Shown here: positions 19,729 through 30,038 of the stretch, in pieces
Layout: every line of letters starts with the position of its first letter
How positions within the stretch are numbered: position 1 is the stretch's first letter
IMG/VR virus record: IMGVR_UViG_3300021478_000001
Span: 22,934-86,933 of that record
DNA: 64,000 nt
Source of the DNA: a virus
Strand: one strand, 5' to 3'
Program-made: the position numbers and the translations under genes
The notes under the pieces: generated by a model
Told to the model about the DNA's origin: nothing
The model's input: only the letters and a program-made list of their open reading frames with translations
Database searches by the model: none

Positions 19729-20094
19729 ATGGCGCAACGGATCGCTGGCATTGCTTTCCTAAAAGTGGATGGCGTGCCGTTTGCATTGCGTGGGAATTTT
19801 ACTGTGAGCCCGAGCAGTGTAGAGCGTACCATGATCGCCGGTCAAGATGGCGTGCATGGTTATCAAGAGCTACCAAGAGTTCCCTATATTGAAGGGGATC
19901 TTTCTACTGTTCCTGGTCTTTTGCTTGAAGATCTTGAAGCGGAGACAGATGTCACAGTAGTCGCGCAACTTGCCAATGGCATGCAATACACTCTCACGGG
20001 TGGAACATGCAAAGGTGGGTTTGAAAACAACACTAGAGATGGCCAAGTCCGTGTTAGATGGGAAGGCTTGGCGTGTCAGGAGATTACGCTTTGA
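19729..20094 (+). CDS. tail tube protein (Mu gpM-like)
   Basis: RIAGIAFLKVDG...GQDGVHGYQELPRVPYIEG...QLANG. Confidence 0.9.
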   Translation: MAQRIAGIAFLKVDGVPFALRGNFTVSPSSVERTMIAGQDGVHGYQELPRVPYIEGDLSTVPGLLLEDLEAETDVTVVAQLANGMQYTLTGGTCKGGFENNTRDGQVRVRWEGLACQEITL

Positions 20095-20531
20095 ACCAGC
20101 CAGCAGAAAATATCAAACCTATTCGCGAAGGCTTCGTCGATCCAGACAAGGATAGGGTCGCGGCGCGTGCAGCGCCGCCTCCACATATGGAAGATCCGCC
20201 TCCTCAAGATGGTGGCTTAGATTCTTCAAAGGAAGTGTGGCCAGTAGTTGTTAAGCTTATTCATAAAAGCATAACAACTCCTGAAGGTGAGATTATGGAT
20301 CGGTTGAGTTTTCGGCAACCTCGTGGTGGTGACATTAATCGTTATGGTAATCCTTGTCGGGTGAACCAAGAAGGTGATGTTATCATTGATGAACGCAAGA
20401 TGCATTACATTATGTCAGCACTGTGTGGAGTGCTGCCACCTGTATTGGAGTCAATGGATCCACGAGATTGGAATTCTTGTGCTTATCGGTTACGAGATTT
20501 TTTTCTCCCCGATCTGCGGGCTTGGCTGTAG
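20058..20531 (+). CDS. tail assembly chaperone (likely start TTG at about 20091)
   Basis: L.FRQPRGGDI...MDPRDW...FFL pattern; located between tube and tape measure. Confidence 0.8.
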   Translation: MGRLGVSGDYALNQPAENIKPIREGFVDPDKDRVAARAAPPPHMEDPPPQDGGLDSSKEVWPVVVKLIHKSITTPEGEIMDRLSFRQPRGGDINRYGNPCRVNQEGDVIIDERKMHYIMSALCGVLPPVLESMDPRDWNSCAYRLRDFFLPDLRAWL

Positions 20532-20689
20532 CAGCAGACGCAGAGGAATTAATTCTGGACTGCTACAGGTTAGCTCAATATTATCATCAGCATCCTAATA
20601 TCTTTCTGGAAATGACATTAGAGGAGGTCAAGCTACATGGTTATCGTACGGCGCAATTGATAGAGCGGCGAAGGGCGCAGGAAGAATAA
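20423..20689 (+). CDS. -1 frameshift extension of tail assembly chaperone
   Basis: Slippery T-TTT-TTC within the T7C run at 20498-20505; ORF is in the -1 frame and ends at the tape measure start. Confidence 0.7.
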   Translation: MWSAATCIGVNGSTRLEFLCLSVTRFFSPRSAGLAVAADAEELILDCYRLAQYYHQHPNIFLEMTLEEVKLHGYRTAQLIERRRAQEE

Positions 20690-23600
20690 TGGCTGACCAA
20701 TATGAAGAACTAAGACTGCAAGTAAACTTGCAGGACAATGCGTCTACCGGACTAGTTGCGCTTAAGAAACAATTGGACGAATTAAGCAGGTCTGGGATAG
20801 CTGAAAGATTTAGAGATCAAGCTTCTATTTTTGAACGAAGCATGAAAGCTTTAGGAGTAGAAGCAACAGGTGCAGCCAAGTCTCTAAAAGAATTAGCTGG
20901 CCAATACAGCGGCTTGCTAGGTGGAGCGGTAGCTGTTGGATTTGCCAGCTACAAGATACAAGAAAATTTCCGTAACCTGACAGGGGAAATAAATGAAACG
21001 CGGATAGCGGCTGAAGAACTTGGAATTGCTTATTCTGAATTGCATCATATTAATGAGGAATTGAGTAAGTCCGGTTATTCTGTTGCTGAGTCTACAAAGC
21101 TTGCAGCGCAAGTTGAAAATGCTATGTATGAAGCACGTAAACATCGTGTTTCACAGATGTTTCAGGACCTGATTACTATGACTGCGCGTCCTGATATTAT
21201 GTTGACTTTTCGCAAGGAGTTGGCGGAGAGTAAAGACACCGCAGATGGTATTGCAGCTTTTCTAAGAATGAATAAGGCAGCTTCTGATTCAATTGCTAAG
21301 AATAATGTGGATGCTGATAAGCACCGTATCGCAACTGATAGTGCCCGTGCTAGGGAACGTCTAAACCAAGCGGCAGGCGTTACCATTGATCTTAATCGTG
21401 TAAGAGATATTGGAAAAGAAACTGAGGAAGAAAAAGCACGAAATGAAGCGTTAGCCGCTAGTGTTAAGACATTGAATGAACAATGGGCCGCTACTGAAGT
21501 TAATTTGACTCGGATAAGAGATGTGATTCTTTTGCCCATTATTAGTGAAGGTAGTGTATTCTCTAATTTTGTTAAAGGAGGCGCTAAGACTACTGATGAA
21601 ATAGCTACTAAGATGGAAGCTTGGCAAGCAGGATTGAAAGGCAGCTTCTGGGATTTTTTCAAAATACCTCCTGGAATTCAAGCTCTTGTTGATAGATTAT
21701 TAGGAATATCAAATAAAGGAATGGGTGGTGGACCTCAAGGTGGTGCTCCATTTGGAAAAGGTGGTCCACCATTTGGAAAGGAGGGGTTTAAATCTCCTCC
21801 TACTAGTCCAGTACAAACTCATGATATGCTTGGACCAGTTACTAAAGGACCGGAACTTGTAGCGCCTCCACTAAAATCAGATTTAGGAAATGATATAGGC
21901 ATCAATGCTCCCATTTTAAATCAAAAGAATCAAAATAGAAAATGGGGACCAATGGATTTGATGCCTGGTTCCGATATGTTGCGTTTTAGCGGAGGTGGCG
22001 GTGATCAGCTTGGTTATCCTTGGAATCAGATGCGTAAGTCAACAAATATTGAAGATCGCCGCGCTGAAGGCGAAGAATTTATGAAGCGCCGTGAGGAAAA
22101 TACCAAACTGCTTATTCAAGTAAATGACAGACTGTTTGCTTTGTTGCAGCCACAAGGGGATACACAATCTCCAGCATTTCGCGGGCTTGGTGGCTTGCCA
22201 GGACTTGGTGGACGCGCCGGACCCGGTTATGGTAGAGGGCCAAGTGCTGCGCCAAGTGCTGCGCCAAGTGCTGCGCCAAGTGCTGCGCCAAGTGTAGGTC
22301 CAAGCGGAACGCGTGATAGGGGGACTGGACCTAACGTTACTGCTCCGTTAGGTCCGCCTCCGGCAGGAGGACCATTAACTCCGGAGGGAATGGCTCTTCT
22401 TGATACCATTGCAACACGGGAGGCTGAACCAGCCTTCAAGGACAACAAACGAGCTGGATGGGATGTGGGTGTTGGTGGTAAGTCATTAGATGTCAGTAAT
22501 CCTCCTGTTAATAAACCAGGAGCAACATATTCATATCACGGAGAAACTATAGATATTGGTGGCGTTGAGATGCATCCTCACCACCAGTATCCAGGTTGGG
22601 GTGGTTTTCGAGGAGGGGCTGGTACATCTTTTGCATTTGGCCGTTATCAAGAAACGGTCCTAACTTATTATGAGAATGTCAGGAGAAGTCAGAAGCTGCA
22701 TCCTGGAATGAAGGTCGATGGTTGGTCACCAGAGGCACAGAACATTCGTAACTGGGATAAAGCTCAAGAGGTTTATCGCCGTAATTATTCGAAGACAGGA
22801 GTCCAAGATCTCACTGGTGACTTGCAAAAAGATCTAGAAGCCAATAAGGGTAATCCAGAAGCTATTGGACGAATGTCTGGTGCATTGAGTGGTGAGTGGA
22901 CTTCTGCTCCTGGTGGTCGTGAAGGATCAAAGGTTACTGGTGGCAAAGTTCAGTATTATGGCGCTACATTTCAGAAGATGTTGGAAGCACAGACTAAAGT
23001 TCCTGCAACAGCAAAAGGAGCTCCTGGTGGTGGTCTTGGCCAGCTTGGAAGAGCTGCGGCCTCGCCCTCGCCAGTTGGTGATGCAACTCTTCAAGAAAAT
23101 GTTAAGTTTCTTGAAGAAAGAGGTGGTCATAGTGAGATTAATAGGAAGAGTGGACCAATTGGTGCAACCGGACAAATAAATCCTGAATTTATTGCTCGTA
23201 TGGTTGCTGCCGGTAAAGATTATGAGAAGGAAACTGGCAAGAAAGCAGTGTTTGGTGAGTTTGATCGTGACTATGCCACTCAGCAGTATTATAGGTCTGA
23301 ATATTTAAGAACTCATCAAGGACTAGCTGCTCCTGCTGGAACATCTAGGCATGAACATGCTGAGAGGGGAGCTGGAGATTTACCTACAAGTGATTTTCGT
23401 ACTTGGATGGAGGCCAATCGAGAAAAATATGGGATTGAAGGTTTGCCTGGACATGCTGGAGTTGTGGATCGCCCACATCAGCAGATGTCCAGGATCTATA
23501 AAGGACCATCATTTTATCATCCAACAGCAGCGACTGCGAAATCTCCTGCTGATCAAGCACCAACTACAGCGCCGTCCACCAATCGTGGGGTGGCTATTTT

Positions 23601-24228
23601 ACCGCAAGGCATTGAAGCGCGTTATGGTGGTCATGATCCCAAGGAAGTGGCACAGAGTCTTCGTGATATTGCTTTGGGGGAAGGCTTTTCAGACACCATT
23701 GTTATTTCTGGTGCCGGAACTCCTGAAGAAGAAACTGCCGCAGTTGTAGCTGCTCTTAATCGAGGTGATGTTACTGGAGCGATTGGCTTTTCTAGAGGTG
23801 CTAATGTCCTAGAAAAGGTATTGAAAGATCCTAAGGTAGATCCTAAACTTAAAGAAAGGATTAAGGAAGTAGTTCTTATTGGTCGTACTCGTAAATATAC
23901 AACAGGTAAAATTCCCGGCATTAAGACAATTGATATTCCAGAAATAGCTGGGAAGACCCACATGGAATTGCCTGGAGAAGTTGCCAGGAAAGTTAAGGAA
24001 GAAGTGGAAAGAAGAAAGGCGAGGGATACTATAGATAGTGATGCTAAGAAAAGCAACGGTGTGGGCAAATCAAAAGTTTCTGGTAAGTTGACTGTGGACG
24101 TAGAAGCACCGGCAGGCACTAGAGTGCATGCGGTTGGCACTGGTCCATTTGAAAAGCCTACGATCCAGCGACGGCATCGGCCGCTGATTTCTCCTGAACC
24201 AGTTGTCGCTCCTAGCAATCTAGGTTGA
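20689..24228 (+). CDS. tape-measure-like protein 1 with lysozyme-like, M15-peptidase-like and GxSxG hydrolase-like domains
   Basis: Helical N-terminus; ALLDTIATRE...FGRYQ...SPEAQ...LSGEWTS; APAGTSRHE...GAGD...DRPH; GAIGFSRGA. Confidence 0.75.
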   Translation: MADQYEELRLQVNLQDNASTGLVALKKQLDELSRSGIAERFRDQASIFERSMKALGVEATGAAKSLKELAGQYSGLLGGAVAVGFASYKIQENFRNLTGEINETRIAAEELGIAYSELHHINEELSKSGYSVAESTKLAAQVENAMYEARKHRVSQMFQDLITMTARPDIMLTFRKELAESKDTADGIAAFLRMNKAASDSIAKNNVDADKHRIATDSARARERLNQAAGVTIDLNRVRDIGKETEEEKARNEALAASVKTLNEQWAATEVNLTRIRDVILLPIISEGSVFSNFVKGGAKTTDEIATKMEAWQAGLKGSFWDFFKIPPGIQALVDRLLGISNKGMGGGPQGGAPFGKGGPPFGKEGFKSPPTSPVQTHDMLGPVTKGPELVAPPLKSDLGNDIGINAPILNQKNQNRKWGPMDLMPGSDMLRFSGGGGDQLGYPWNQMRKSTNIEDRRAEGEEFMKRREENTKLLIQVNDRLFALLQPQGDTQSPAFRGLGGLPGLGGRAGPGYGRGPSAAPSAAPSAAPSAAPSVGPSGTRDRGTGPNVTAPLGPPPAGGPLTPEGMALLDTIATREAEPAFKDNKRAGWDVGVGGKSLDVSNPPVNKPGATYSYHGETIDIGGVEMHPHHQYPGWGGFRGGAGTSFAFGRYQETVLTYYENVRRSQKLHPGMKVDGWSPEAQNIRNWDKAQEVYRRNYSKTGVQDLTGDLQKDLEANKGNPEAIGRMSGALSGEWTSAPGGREGSKVTGGKVQYYGATFQKMLEAQTKVPATAKGAPGGGLGQLGRAAASPSPVGDATLQENVKFLEERGGHSEINRKSGPIGATGQINPEFIARMVAAGKDYEKETGKKAVFGEFDRDYATQQYYRSEYLRTHQGLAAPAGTSRHEHAERGAGDLPTSDFRTWMEANREKYGIEGLPGHAGVVDRPHQQMSRIYKGPSFYHPTAATAKSPADQAPTTAPSTNRGVAILPQGIEARYGGHDPKEVAQSLRDIALGEGFSDTIVISGAGTPEEETAAVVAALNRGDVTGAIGFSRGANVLEKVLKDPKVDPKLKERIKEVVLIGRTRKYTTGKIPGIKTIDIPEIAGKTHMELPGEVARKVKEEVERRKARDTIDSDAKKSNGVGKSKVSGKLTVDVEAPAGTRVHAVGTGPFEKPTIQRRHRPLISPEPVVAPSNLG
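22240..22293 (+). repeat. 12-bp tandem repeat (CCAAGTGCTGCG x4, encodes PSAA)
   Basis: Directly visible. Confidence 0.9.
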
Positions 24229-26651
24229 TCATGGCTGAGTTTGAAGAATTACGAATTGTAGTTTCTTTAACGGATCAGGCGTCGACTGGATTCAACAGCT
24301 TTAAGAAATCTATATCTGAATTTACCAGTGGTCAGCCAGCACAGCATCTGGAAAATTTCAAAAGACATAACACATTGCTCACTCAACTTCTTAAGGCAAC
24401 TGGTCTTGAAGCGACTGGCACATCTAAAGCTTTTATAGATTTGACTTCCAAGTTTGCTTTGAGTGCTGGCGTTATAGGTGCGCTTGGATACGCTCTGTAT
24501 AAGACCACGAGCATTGTAGCTGATGCAGCTAAAGGGATTGTTGATCAAGCTAATAAATTGAAAGCTTTAGGTATTCCATATTCTGAGGGCAGGAACATTA
24601 TTGAGCAATATGCTTTAGTGAATATAGAAGCTAATAAAACTATTGAAGATATTCAGGCAGCAAATCAATTACAATTTGAAGCGCGTAAGGCGCATCATAG
24701 TGAGATGTTTGATCAACTGCGGCAGCTGGTGTTTAATGATCCGTATGTTAAAGATTTTCAAATACAATTGCAAAATGCGAAAACGCAAGTCGAACTACAG
24801 AATGTGATTGTAGAAGGCCAAGAAAAATTTTCTGAACTTTCCAATAAGTATTATCATTCAGATGATGAGGCTACACAGAAAAGAACTAATGCTCAAACTA
24901 GAGCTCGATTCCGTGCGATAGTTGGTTTGAATGAAGAGTTTGACCGCGCAGTTAGAATTAAGGAAATTGATAAGGATCGTGCTGCGTCTTTGGAAAAATT
25001 GAATACTGAAGCTCAAAAATTTACAAGATTGTGGAATGAGACTGCGGTAAATCTTGAAAGAATTGGTGGGGTGCTGGAAGGTGCAGCTATCCAGCAATTA
25101 CTTCCACTGTTGCAGAGCGCCAAAGATCTAACCGGGGCCATTTTCCAATTGGTGACTGAAGGTTTTTCTGCTCTGAAAGATAAGAATTTTTGGGAGTCAA
25201 TGATCAGTGGTGCTGATGTTGCTCGGTATGGAGGCTATGTATTGGGAGGTCCAGGAGCTATTTTGGGAGGAGTGGCAACCGAGGCCATACGGAATAGATT
25301 TAAGCAGCCTTCATCACAGTCGCCATCTAATTTTGGTCTTGATCAAGCACAGCCATTTTTAGGAATTCCTGGAGGAACAGAGAACGATAAGATCAATGAT
25401 AATACTCGTGAGTTGAAAAGACTTAATGATAATCTCTATATTCTGTTGCATCCTGAAGTAATGAAGAATAGTGGAACGGTATCTCCTGCTTCACAGCAAG
25501 TTCCGATTCCCGGCTTGCAACATGGTGGCATTGTTACTAAGCCGACAATTGCTATGATAGGTGAGGCTGGACCGGAAGCTGTTGTGCCGTTGCCACGTGG
25601 AAGACCAATCGGTCTAGGAGGAGATCCTGCGGTAGCTTGGCAAGAACTTCATGATCGTCTTATTAAAAATCCGAATGAAGCAGGAGCTTTAAGTTATTCT
25701 GAACGACCAATTTTGCCGGGCGAAAAAGGTATGCATTCAGAAATGGATCTTATGACTGGACCAGGGATGTTTCCTGGGGGCGGTTCTATCTATCAACATT
25801 TGAAAGATGTAGAAAAGGGTATGGAAATGCAATTTGCAAGACCTAATGCAGATGATTATGTTTCTACAAATCCAAGATTTGCACCTCATGATTTGCGTTT
25901 GCAACATGGCGGTATAGTTGATAAACCAACTACTGCATTGATAGGTGAAGCTGGTCCAGAAGCAGTTATACCTTTACGGGATGCTAGGGCTCGTTATGCT
26001 GCTGAGATGTTAAAAGATCCAGCATTACGGGATCGGTTTATTTCTTTTGCTGAAGCAGAAACTGGCGGCCAAGGTAGAGGTGCTGCACAAGCTTGGATGG
26101 AAAGCACTTTAAATCGAGCAGCTTCACGTGATCAAACACTTTCAAGAGCGTTGAGTTCAGGGTCTGGTTATTGGCCACCACGAACTTTAGGAATAGGTGC
26201 GCAAACACCAACTGATAAGCAGCGTGATTATTATGATCCTGGTCTTGAATATGCTTTGGGTGGATCTAACATTTCAAGATTAGCTACAGGAAACGCTAGT
26301 AGTTCTGTTGGATTCGCAGGAGGTCCTGAAACATCACGAGTAGTATCTTCAAAAGGAAAAACTCTAGAACGTTTTGGTACTGAAGGCCGTGATATTGGAT
26401 GGGCCAATAGGGAACGGATTGCAATATCTTTGCAAGATGTTCGTTCTACTATAGACACTGCATCTAGATCGCCAGATATAGAAGCAGCGGGACATATCAA
26501 GGTGCAAGTCGGAGAGAGTGGTGGAAGATCAACTCCATTAGAAACATTATTCAAGCCAGTTCCGGAAGAACAAAAAGTACAGATGACCCCAGCTTCTGTG
26601 GGGCCATCAGAGCGTACACGCTCTGCGCCACCTTCTTTAGCAAACAGGTAA
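24225..26651 (+). CDS. tape-measure-like protein 2 with putative cell-wall hydrolase domain
   Basis: N-terminus homologous to protein 1; two LQHGGIV.KPT.A.IGEAGPEAV.PL motifs; AEAETGGQ...MESTLNRA (SleB-like). Confidence 0.7.
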   Translation: MIMAEFEELRIVVSLTDQASTGFNSFKKSISEFTSGQPAQHLENFKRHNTLLTQLLKATGLEATGTSKAFIDLTSKFALSAGVIGALGYALYKTTSIVADAAKGIVDQANKLKALGIPYSEGRNIIEQYALVNIEANKTIEDIQAANQLQFEARKAHHSEMFDQLRQLVFNDPYVKDFQIQLQNAKTQVELQNVIVEGQEKFSELSNKYYHSDDEATQKRTNAQTRARFRAIVGLNEEFDRAVRIKEIDKDRAASLEKLNTEAQKFTRLWNETAVNLERIGGVLEGAAIQQLLPLLQSAKDLTGAIFQLVTEGFSALKDKNFWESMISGADVARYGGYVLGGPGAILGGVATEAIRNRFKQPSSQSPSNFGLDQAQPFLGIPGGTENDKINDNTRELKRLNDNLYILLHPEVMKNSGTVSPASQQVPIPGLQHGGIVTKPTIAMIGEAGPEAVVPLPRGRPIGLGGDPAVAWQELHDRLIKNPNEAGALSYSERPILPGEKGMHSEMDLMTGPGMFPGGGSIYQHLKDVEKGMEMQFARPNADDYVSTNPRFAPHDLRLQHGGIVDKPTTALIGEAGPEAVIPLRDARARYAAEMLKDPALRDRFISFAEAETGGQGRGAAQAWMESTLNRAASRDQTLSRALSSGSGYWPPRTLGIGAQTPTDKQRDYYDPGLEYALGGSNISRLATGNASSSVGFAGGPETSRVVSSKGKTLERFGTEGRDIGWANRERIAISLQDVRSTIDTASRSPDIEAAGHIKVQVGESGGRSTPLETLFKPVPEEQKVQMTPASVGPSERTRSAPPSLANR

Positions 26652-26655
26652 AAAG

Positions 26656-27237
26656 ATGGGTACGATCTTAGATTTATCAGATCGCGCTAAATTCAAGGGT
26701 CAGCCAGGAACAATATGGCGCGATGAATTGTTGCCAGCCTCATTTCGTGGTCAACAGTTTCATTGTGAGAGTTCCAGCAAAACTGGTGGAAGACATATTG
26801 TGGTTCATGAGTTTCCAAAGCGTGATATTCCTTATGCAGAAGACATGGGTCGTAAGCCTAAAGAATTTACTGTTCGCGGTTATTGCATAGTGTATCCTTT
26901 CACTTCTCCCAAATATAATCTGTATAATCGGGATTATCGGGTGCCGCGCGATTCATTGCTGGGAGTGCTGGACGATGGTCAGCCTGGAGTTTTGCAGCTG
27001 CCAACGTGGCCAGCACTCTATGTTCGTTGTTCCAATTATCGTTTGACGGAAGAGGAAAAGCTTGGTGGCTATTGTGTGTTCGATATGTCGTTTGTTGAAT
27101 ATGGTTATCAACCAGGAGTGTCAGGACCAGACACAAGTGCGTTGCTGGCAGCGGCCAGTCAGCTCTTGAAACAGCGAGTCAAGACTGTATTGTCGATAAA
27201 TCCTCATGCGACTCCAGGTATTCATCCGGGGCTATAG
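26656..27237 (+). CDS. DNA circularisation protein N-terminal domain (Mu gpN-like)
   Basis: WRDELLPASFRG...GRHIVVHEFPKRDIPYAEDMGR. Confidence 0.9.
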   Translation: MGTILDLSDRAKFKGQPGTIWRDELLPASFRGQQFHCESSSKTGGRHIVVHEFPKRDIPYAEDMGRKPKEFTVRGYCIVYPFTSPKYNLYNRDYRVPRDSLLGVLDDGQPGVLQLPTWPALYVRCSNYRLTEEEKLGGYCVFDMSFVEYGYQPGVSGPDTSALLAAASQLLKQRVKTVLSINPHATPGIHPGL

Positions 27238-27909
27238 ATGCAATCAGAAGATTCAAAAGAAGCTAACAAGATAATCCAAACATTGTTGGATGATCTATCT
27301 ACATGTATTTCCCAGAAAGGCCAGAGTGGCATTGATGCACGAACCGCCATTGGTGATTTAAAGATTCAAGCTTTAGTTCTGCTGAGTCAGGATGCTATAG
27401 GGCCGCAGTTATTGAATTGTTTTGATCTTGTTGTTCAAGCTGGAGCATTGCGCACACAGATTGATTGGGTCAGGATGAGGTTGAGTACAATTCCTGTGCC
27501 AGTGACAGTGGGCGCAACCATGGTGCAGAATAGCTGTATCGCCCTTTGCTTGGCGACTGAAGCTGATATTATTGGAGCTATGACTTTTACTAGTTTTCAG
27601 GATGTTGAAACAGTGATTGATTCACTGCAAGAACCTTTTCAGGATGCCATTGAATCAGCTGCTGATGAAATGGATCAGGCAACTTATCAAGCATTGTTAA
27701 GTCTGGCTTCTACTTTGGTGAATTTCCTGGTGACAACTGCACGCCCATTGCCACGGATGATCAACTATCAGTTTACTGACACATTGCCGAGTTTGGTTAT
27801 TGCTCATCGTTTGTATGCAGATTCTAGCCGTGCTGATGAAATTCGTCAGGAGAACAAGATTGTGCATCCGGCATTCTGTCCTAGGCAAGGTAGAGCGTTG
27901 TCGAGTTGA
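27238..27909 (+). CDS. Mu gpN-like C-terminal part
   Basis: LPSLVIAHRLYADSSRADEIRQENKIVHPAFCP; in frame with the preceding gene. Confidence 0.8.
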   Translation: MQSEDSKEANKIIQTLLDDLSTCISQKGQSGIDARTAIGDLKIQALVLLSQDAIGPQLLNCFDLVVQAGALRTQIDWVRMRLSTIPVPVTVGATMVQNSCIALCLATEADIIGAMTFTSFQDVETVIDSLQEPFQDAIESAADEMDQATYQALLSLASTLVNFLVTTARPLPRMINYQFTDTLPSLVIAHRLYADSSRADEIRQENKIVHPAFCPRQGRALSS

Positions 27910-27912
27910 GCA

Positions 27913-29085
27913 ATGCCTGCACCTGTTATTGTTCCACGCCCTACGTTGCTGCCTATCGATGCGCCGAATGCGGAACTAGCAGTTCTCAAAATTGGAGGCA
28001 ATGAGTTTAAGGATTGGGAATCTGTCTGGGTTCAGACACGTTGGATGCATGCTTGGGACTATTGTCGGTTTGCTGCTACGGAACGCCGCGGTGATAGTGT
28101 TGTAGATTGGACGTTTAATCAAATCAGACCATGCGATCAGGTTATGGTGCAATTGGCTGGTCAATTAGTTATGAGTGGAACTGTTACTGAACGGCAAGTT
28201 GCTTATGATGTGAATAATCACGGGATACAGATACTGGCCAAAGGTTCCACGAAGTGGGGCTACATGTCCAGCGTCAATACGAAGACTGGTAGTTTTGATA
28301 ACATGTCGTTTGAAGATATAGCTAAAATGGTTTTGACACCGTATCTATCTGGGAATACTATTGAGATTGTCGGCAAGTTAAATCCGCTGCCTTTTCTGAA
28401 AGTGCAATGCCAGAAAGGTGAGTCATGCTGGGATTTCCTTGAGCGTTTAGCCCGTGTTCGCGGTATAGTTATAGGTTCCAATGAGAAAGGTGATTATGTT
28501 TTTGTTGGTGATCATTTTTCATCACCAGTAGCTACATTGAAAGAAGGGTTCAATATTAAGAATATGCAGTGCAGCATTAATGTCGATGATAATTATGTGA
28601 TGTATGAAGCAGTCGGTCAGCAAGGATCAAGCGGCAATGGAACTGCCGGTGCAGATGCGCAAGATATGGTGGCGCATTGGGGCGGAAGTGGTTGTAGGAC
28701 AAGCTTGTTATCAACTCCAGCAGAAGAACCTGTAACATGGCCAGAATTACAAGACCGCGCTAAGAATGATGCAAAGTGGAACGAGGCGGCGCGTGTTACT
28801 GCTACTGCTATTGTCTATGGCTGGATGTGGGCTCCTGGTCAACTGTGGCGCGTAGGGCAAAGCGTATGGGTAGATAGTCCGATGTGTCCGTTGAATCAAA
28901 AAATGATGTTGCAACGTGTCACATATGAGCAGGATAGAAACAAGGGGACTATCACCACGTTGGATCTGGTGCTGCCTTGGATGTTGAATGATATAGATAC
29001 CAATCTTGGACCATTCGCATTTCAGCCACCATCAGAACCAACCGCAGCACAGCTACAAGAGTTCAACGAAGCATTTGGTTTATAA
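27913..29085 (+). CDS. baseplate hub protein (Mu gp44/gpP-like)
   Basis: WESVWV...GESCWDFLERLARVRG...GQLWRVGQSVWVDSP. Confidence 0.85.
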   Translation: MPAPVIVPRPTLLPIDAPNAELAVLKIGGNEFKDWESVWVQTRWMHAWDYCRFAATERRGDSVVDWTFNQIRPCDQVMVQLAGQLVMSGTVTERQVAYDVNNHGIQILAKGSTKWGYMSSVNTKTGSFDNMSFEDIAKMVLTPYLSGNTIEIVGKLNPLPFLKVQCQKGESCWDFLERLARVRGIVIGSNEKGDYVFVGDHFSSPVATLKEGFNIKNMQCSINVDDNYVMYEAVGQQGSSGNGTAGADAQDMVAHWGGSGCRTSLLSTPAEEPVTWPELQDRAKNDAKWNEAARVTATAIVYGWMWAPGQLWRVGQSVWVDSPMCPLNQKMMLQRVTYEQDRNKGTITTLDLVLPWMLNDIDTNLGPFAFQPPSEPTAAQLQEFNEAFGL

Positions 29086-29096
29086 GGAAAAGAACC

Positions 29097-30038
29097 ATGC
29101 ACCGCGCTACACCTTCACAATCATCGTTTCGTGGTTATTCATCTGGTGGCAGCCGATCGGTTGTCGGTGAAGTCGACGATACCAAATTCATGCAAGAGAT
29201 GGCCGGAAACTTCATGCATAATGAAGCACGCAAGGCTGTTGAAGCTGCGCAGAATTTTGGTTTCACTTCGGTTACGATGGATGCTATTAAGAGTGCACTT
29301 GGAAAGATTGTGGGCAGTGCGGAAACATTTATGAGTTTCATGGGAGGCAATCGAGGATTCCCGGCCGCTGGCAATATTGATGACCGTCGTCATCGCATGA
29401 TGGGATTGGAAAAAGGTGAAGCTGGGATGTTTGGCACTCAGGGCATGATGCAACAAATTCATTCGGCCATTGATGGATTGTTTCATAGCGTGCCAAACGA
29501 TAAGACTATGCGCATGGCGCTGCTTGATGATAGCAGTCAGAAAGATATGACTACTGCAACATTCCAACAAGAAGCTCTTTTACCTGAAATGAATGTTGAG
29601 CATGTTGATCGTCGAGGTATCCGTTACAAATTTCGTAGAGTATTTCCACGTAGTATTACCAACTATTATGACATTGTGCCTTTTGATTCTGGAGGTGCCT
29701 CTGGAGGTGCTGGCGCTGGAGGTGGTGCCACAGATGGCATGAAGATGGGCCAACAATCTCTTAAAGATAAGAACAAGAAGGCGAGTATATTTTTTGATTT
29801 CTCCAAAGACAGTACAAGAGCAGCGGGCAAGATTGTTCAATTGATTGTAGCAGGGAGTGGAAGTAGTGGAAGCAGCAAAGATGGAGGTAGTGGAAGCAGT
29901 GGCAGTCAAGGAACTACTTTAGCTCAAGCTCATTCTGATGGAAAATTCTATTGTGGTGGAGATCCTTCGAAAGGAAAGTATGCTCTTATTGTGACACTGA
30001 AGGGACCTACTAAGAACGTTCCTGGAAAGATCGGCTAA
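29097..30038 (+). CDS. baseplate spike protein (Mu gp45-like)
   Basis: VDDTKFMQ...EAAQNFGFTS...GGNRG...DDRRHR..GLEKGE. Confidence 0.85.
   Translation: MHRATPSQSSFRGYSSGGSRSVVGEVDDTKFMQEMAGNFMHNEARKAVEAAQNFGFTSVTMDAIKSALGKIVGSAETFMSFMGGNRGFPAAGNIDDRRHRMMGLEKGEAGMFGTQGMMQQIHSAIDGLFHSVPNDKTMRMALLDDSSQKDMTTATFQQEALLPEMNVEHVDRRGIRYKFRRVFPRSITNYYDIVPFDSGGASGGAGAGGGATDGMKMGQQSLKDKNKKASIFFDFSKDSTRAAGKIVQLIVAGSGSSGSSKDGGSGSSGSQGTTLAQAHSDGKFYCGGDPSKGKYALIVTLKGPTKNVPGKIG

Noticed and set aside
27235-27240. Genome-wide TAG reassignment
   Set aside because: Structural genes are intact in the standard code, several genes end at TAG, and the only tRNA seen is Asp
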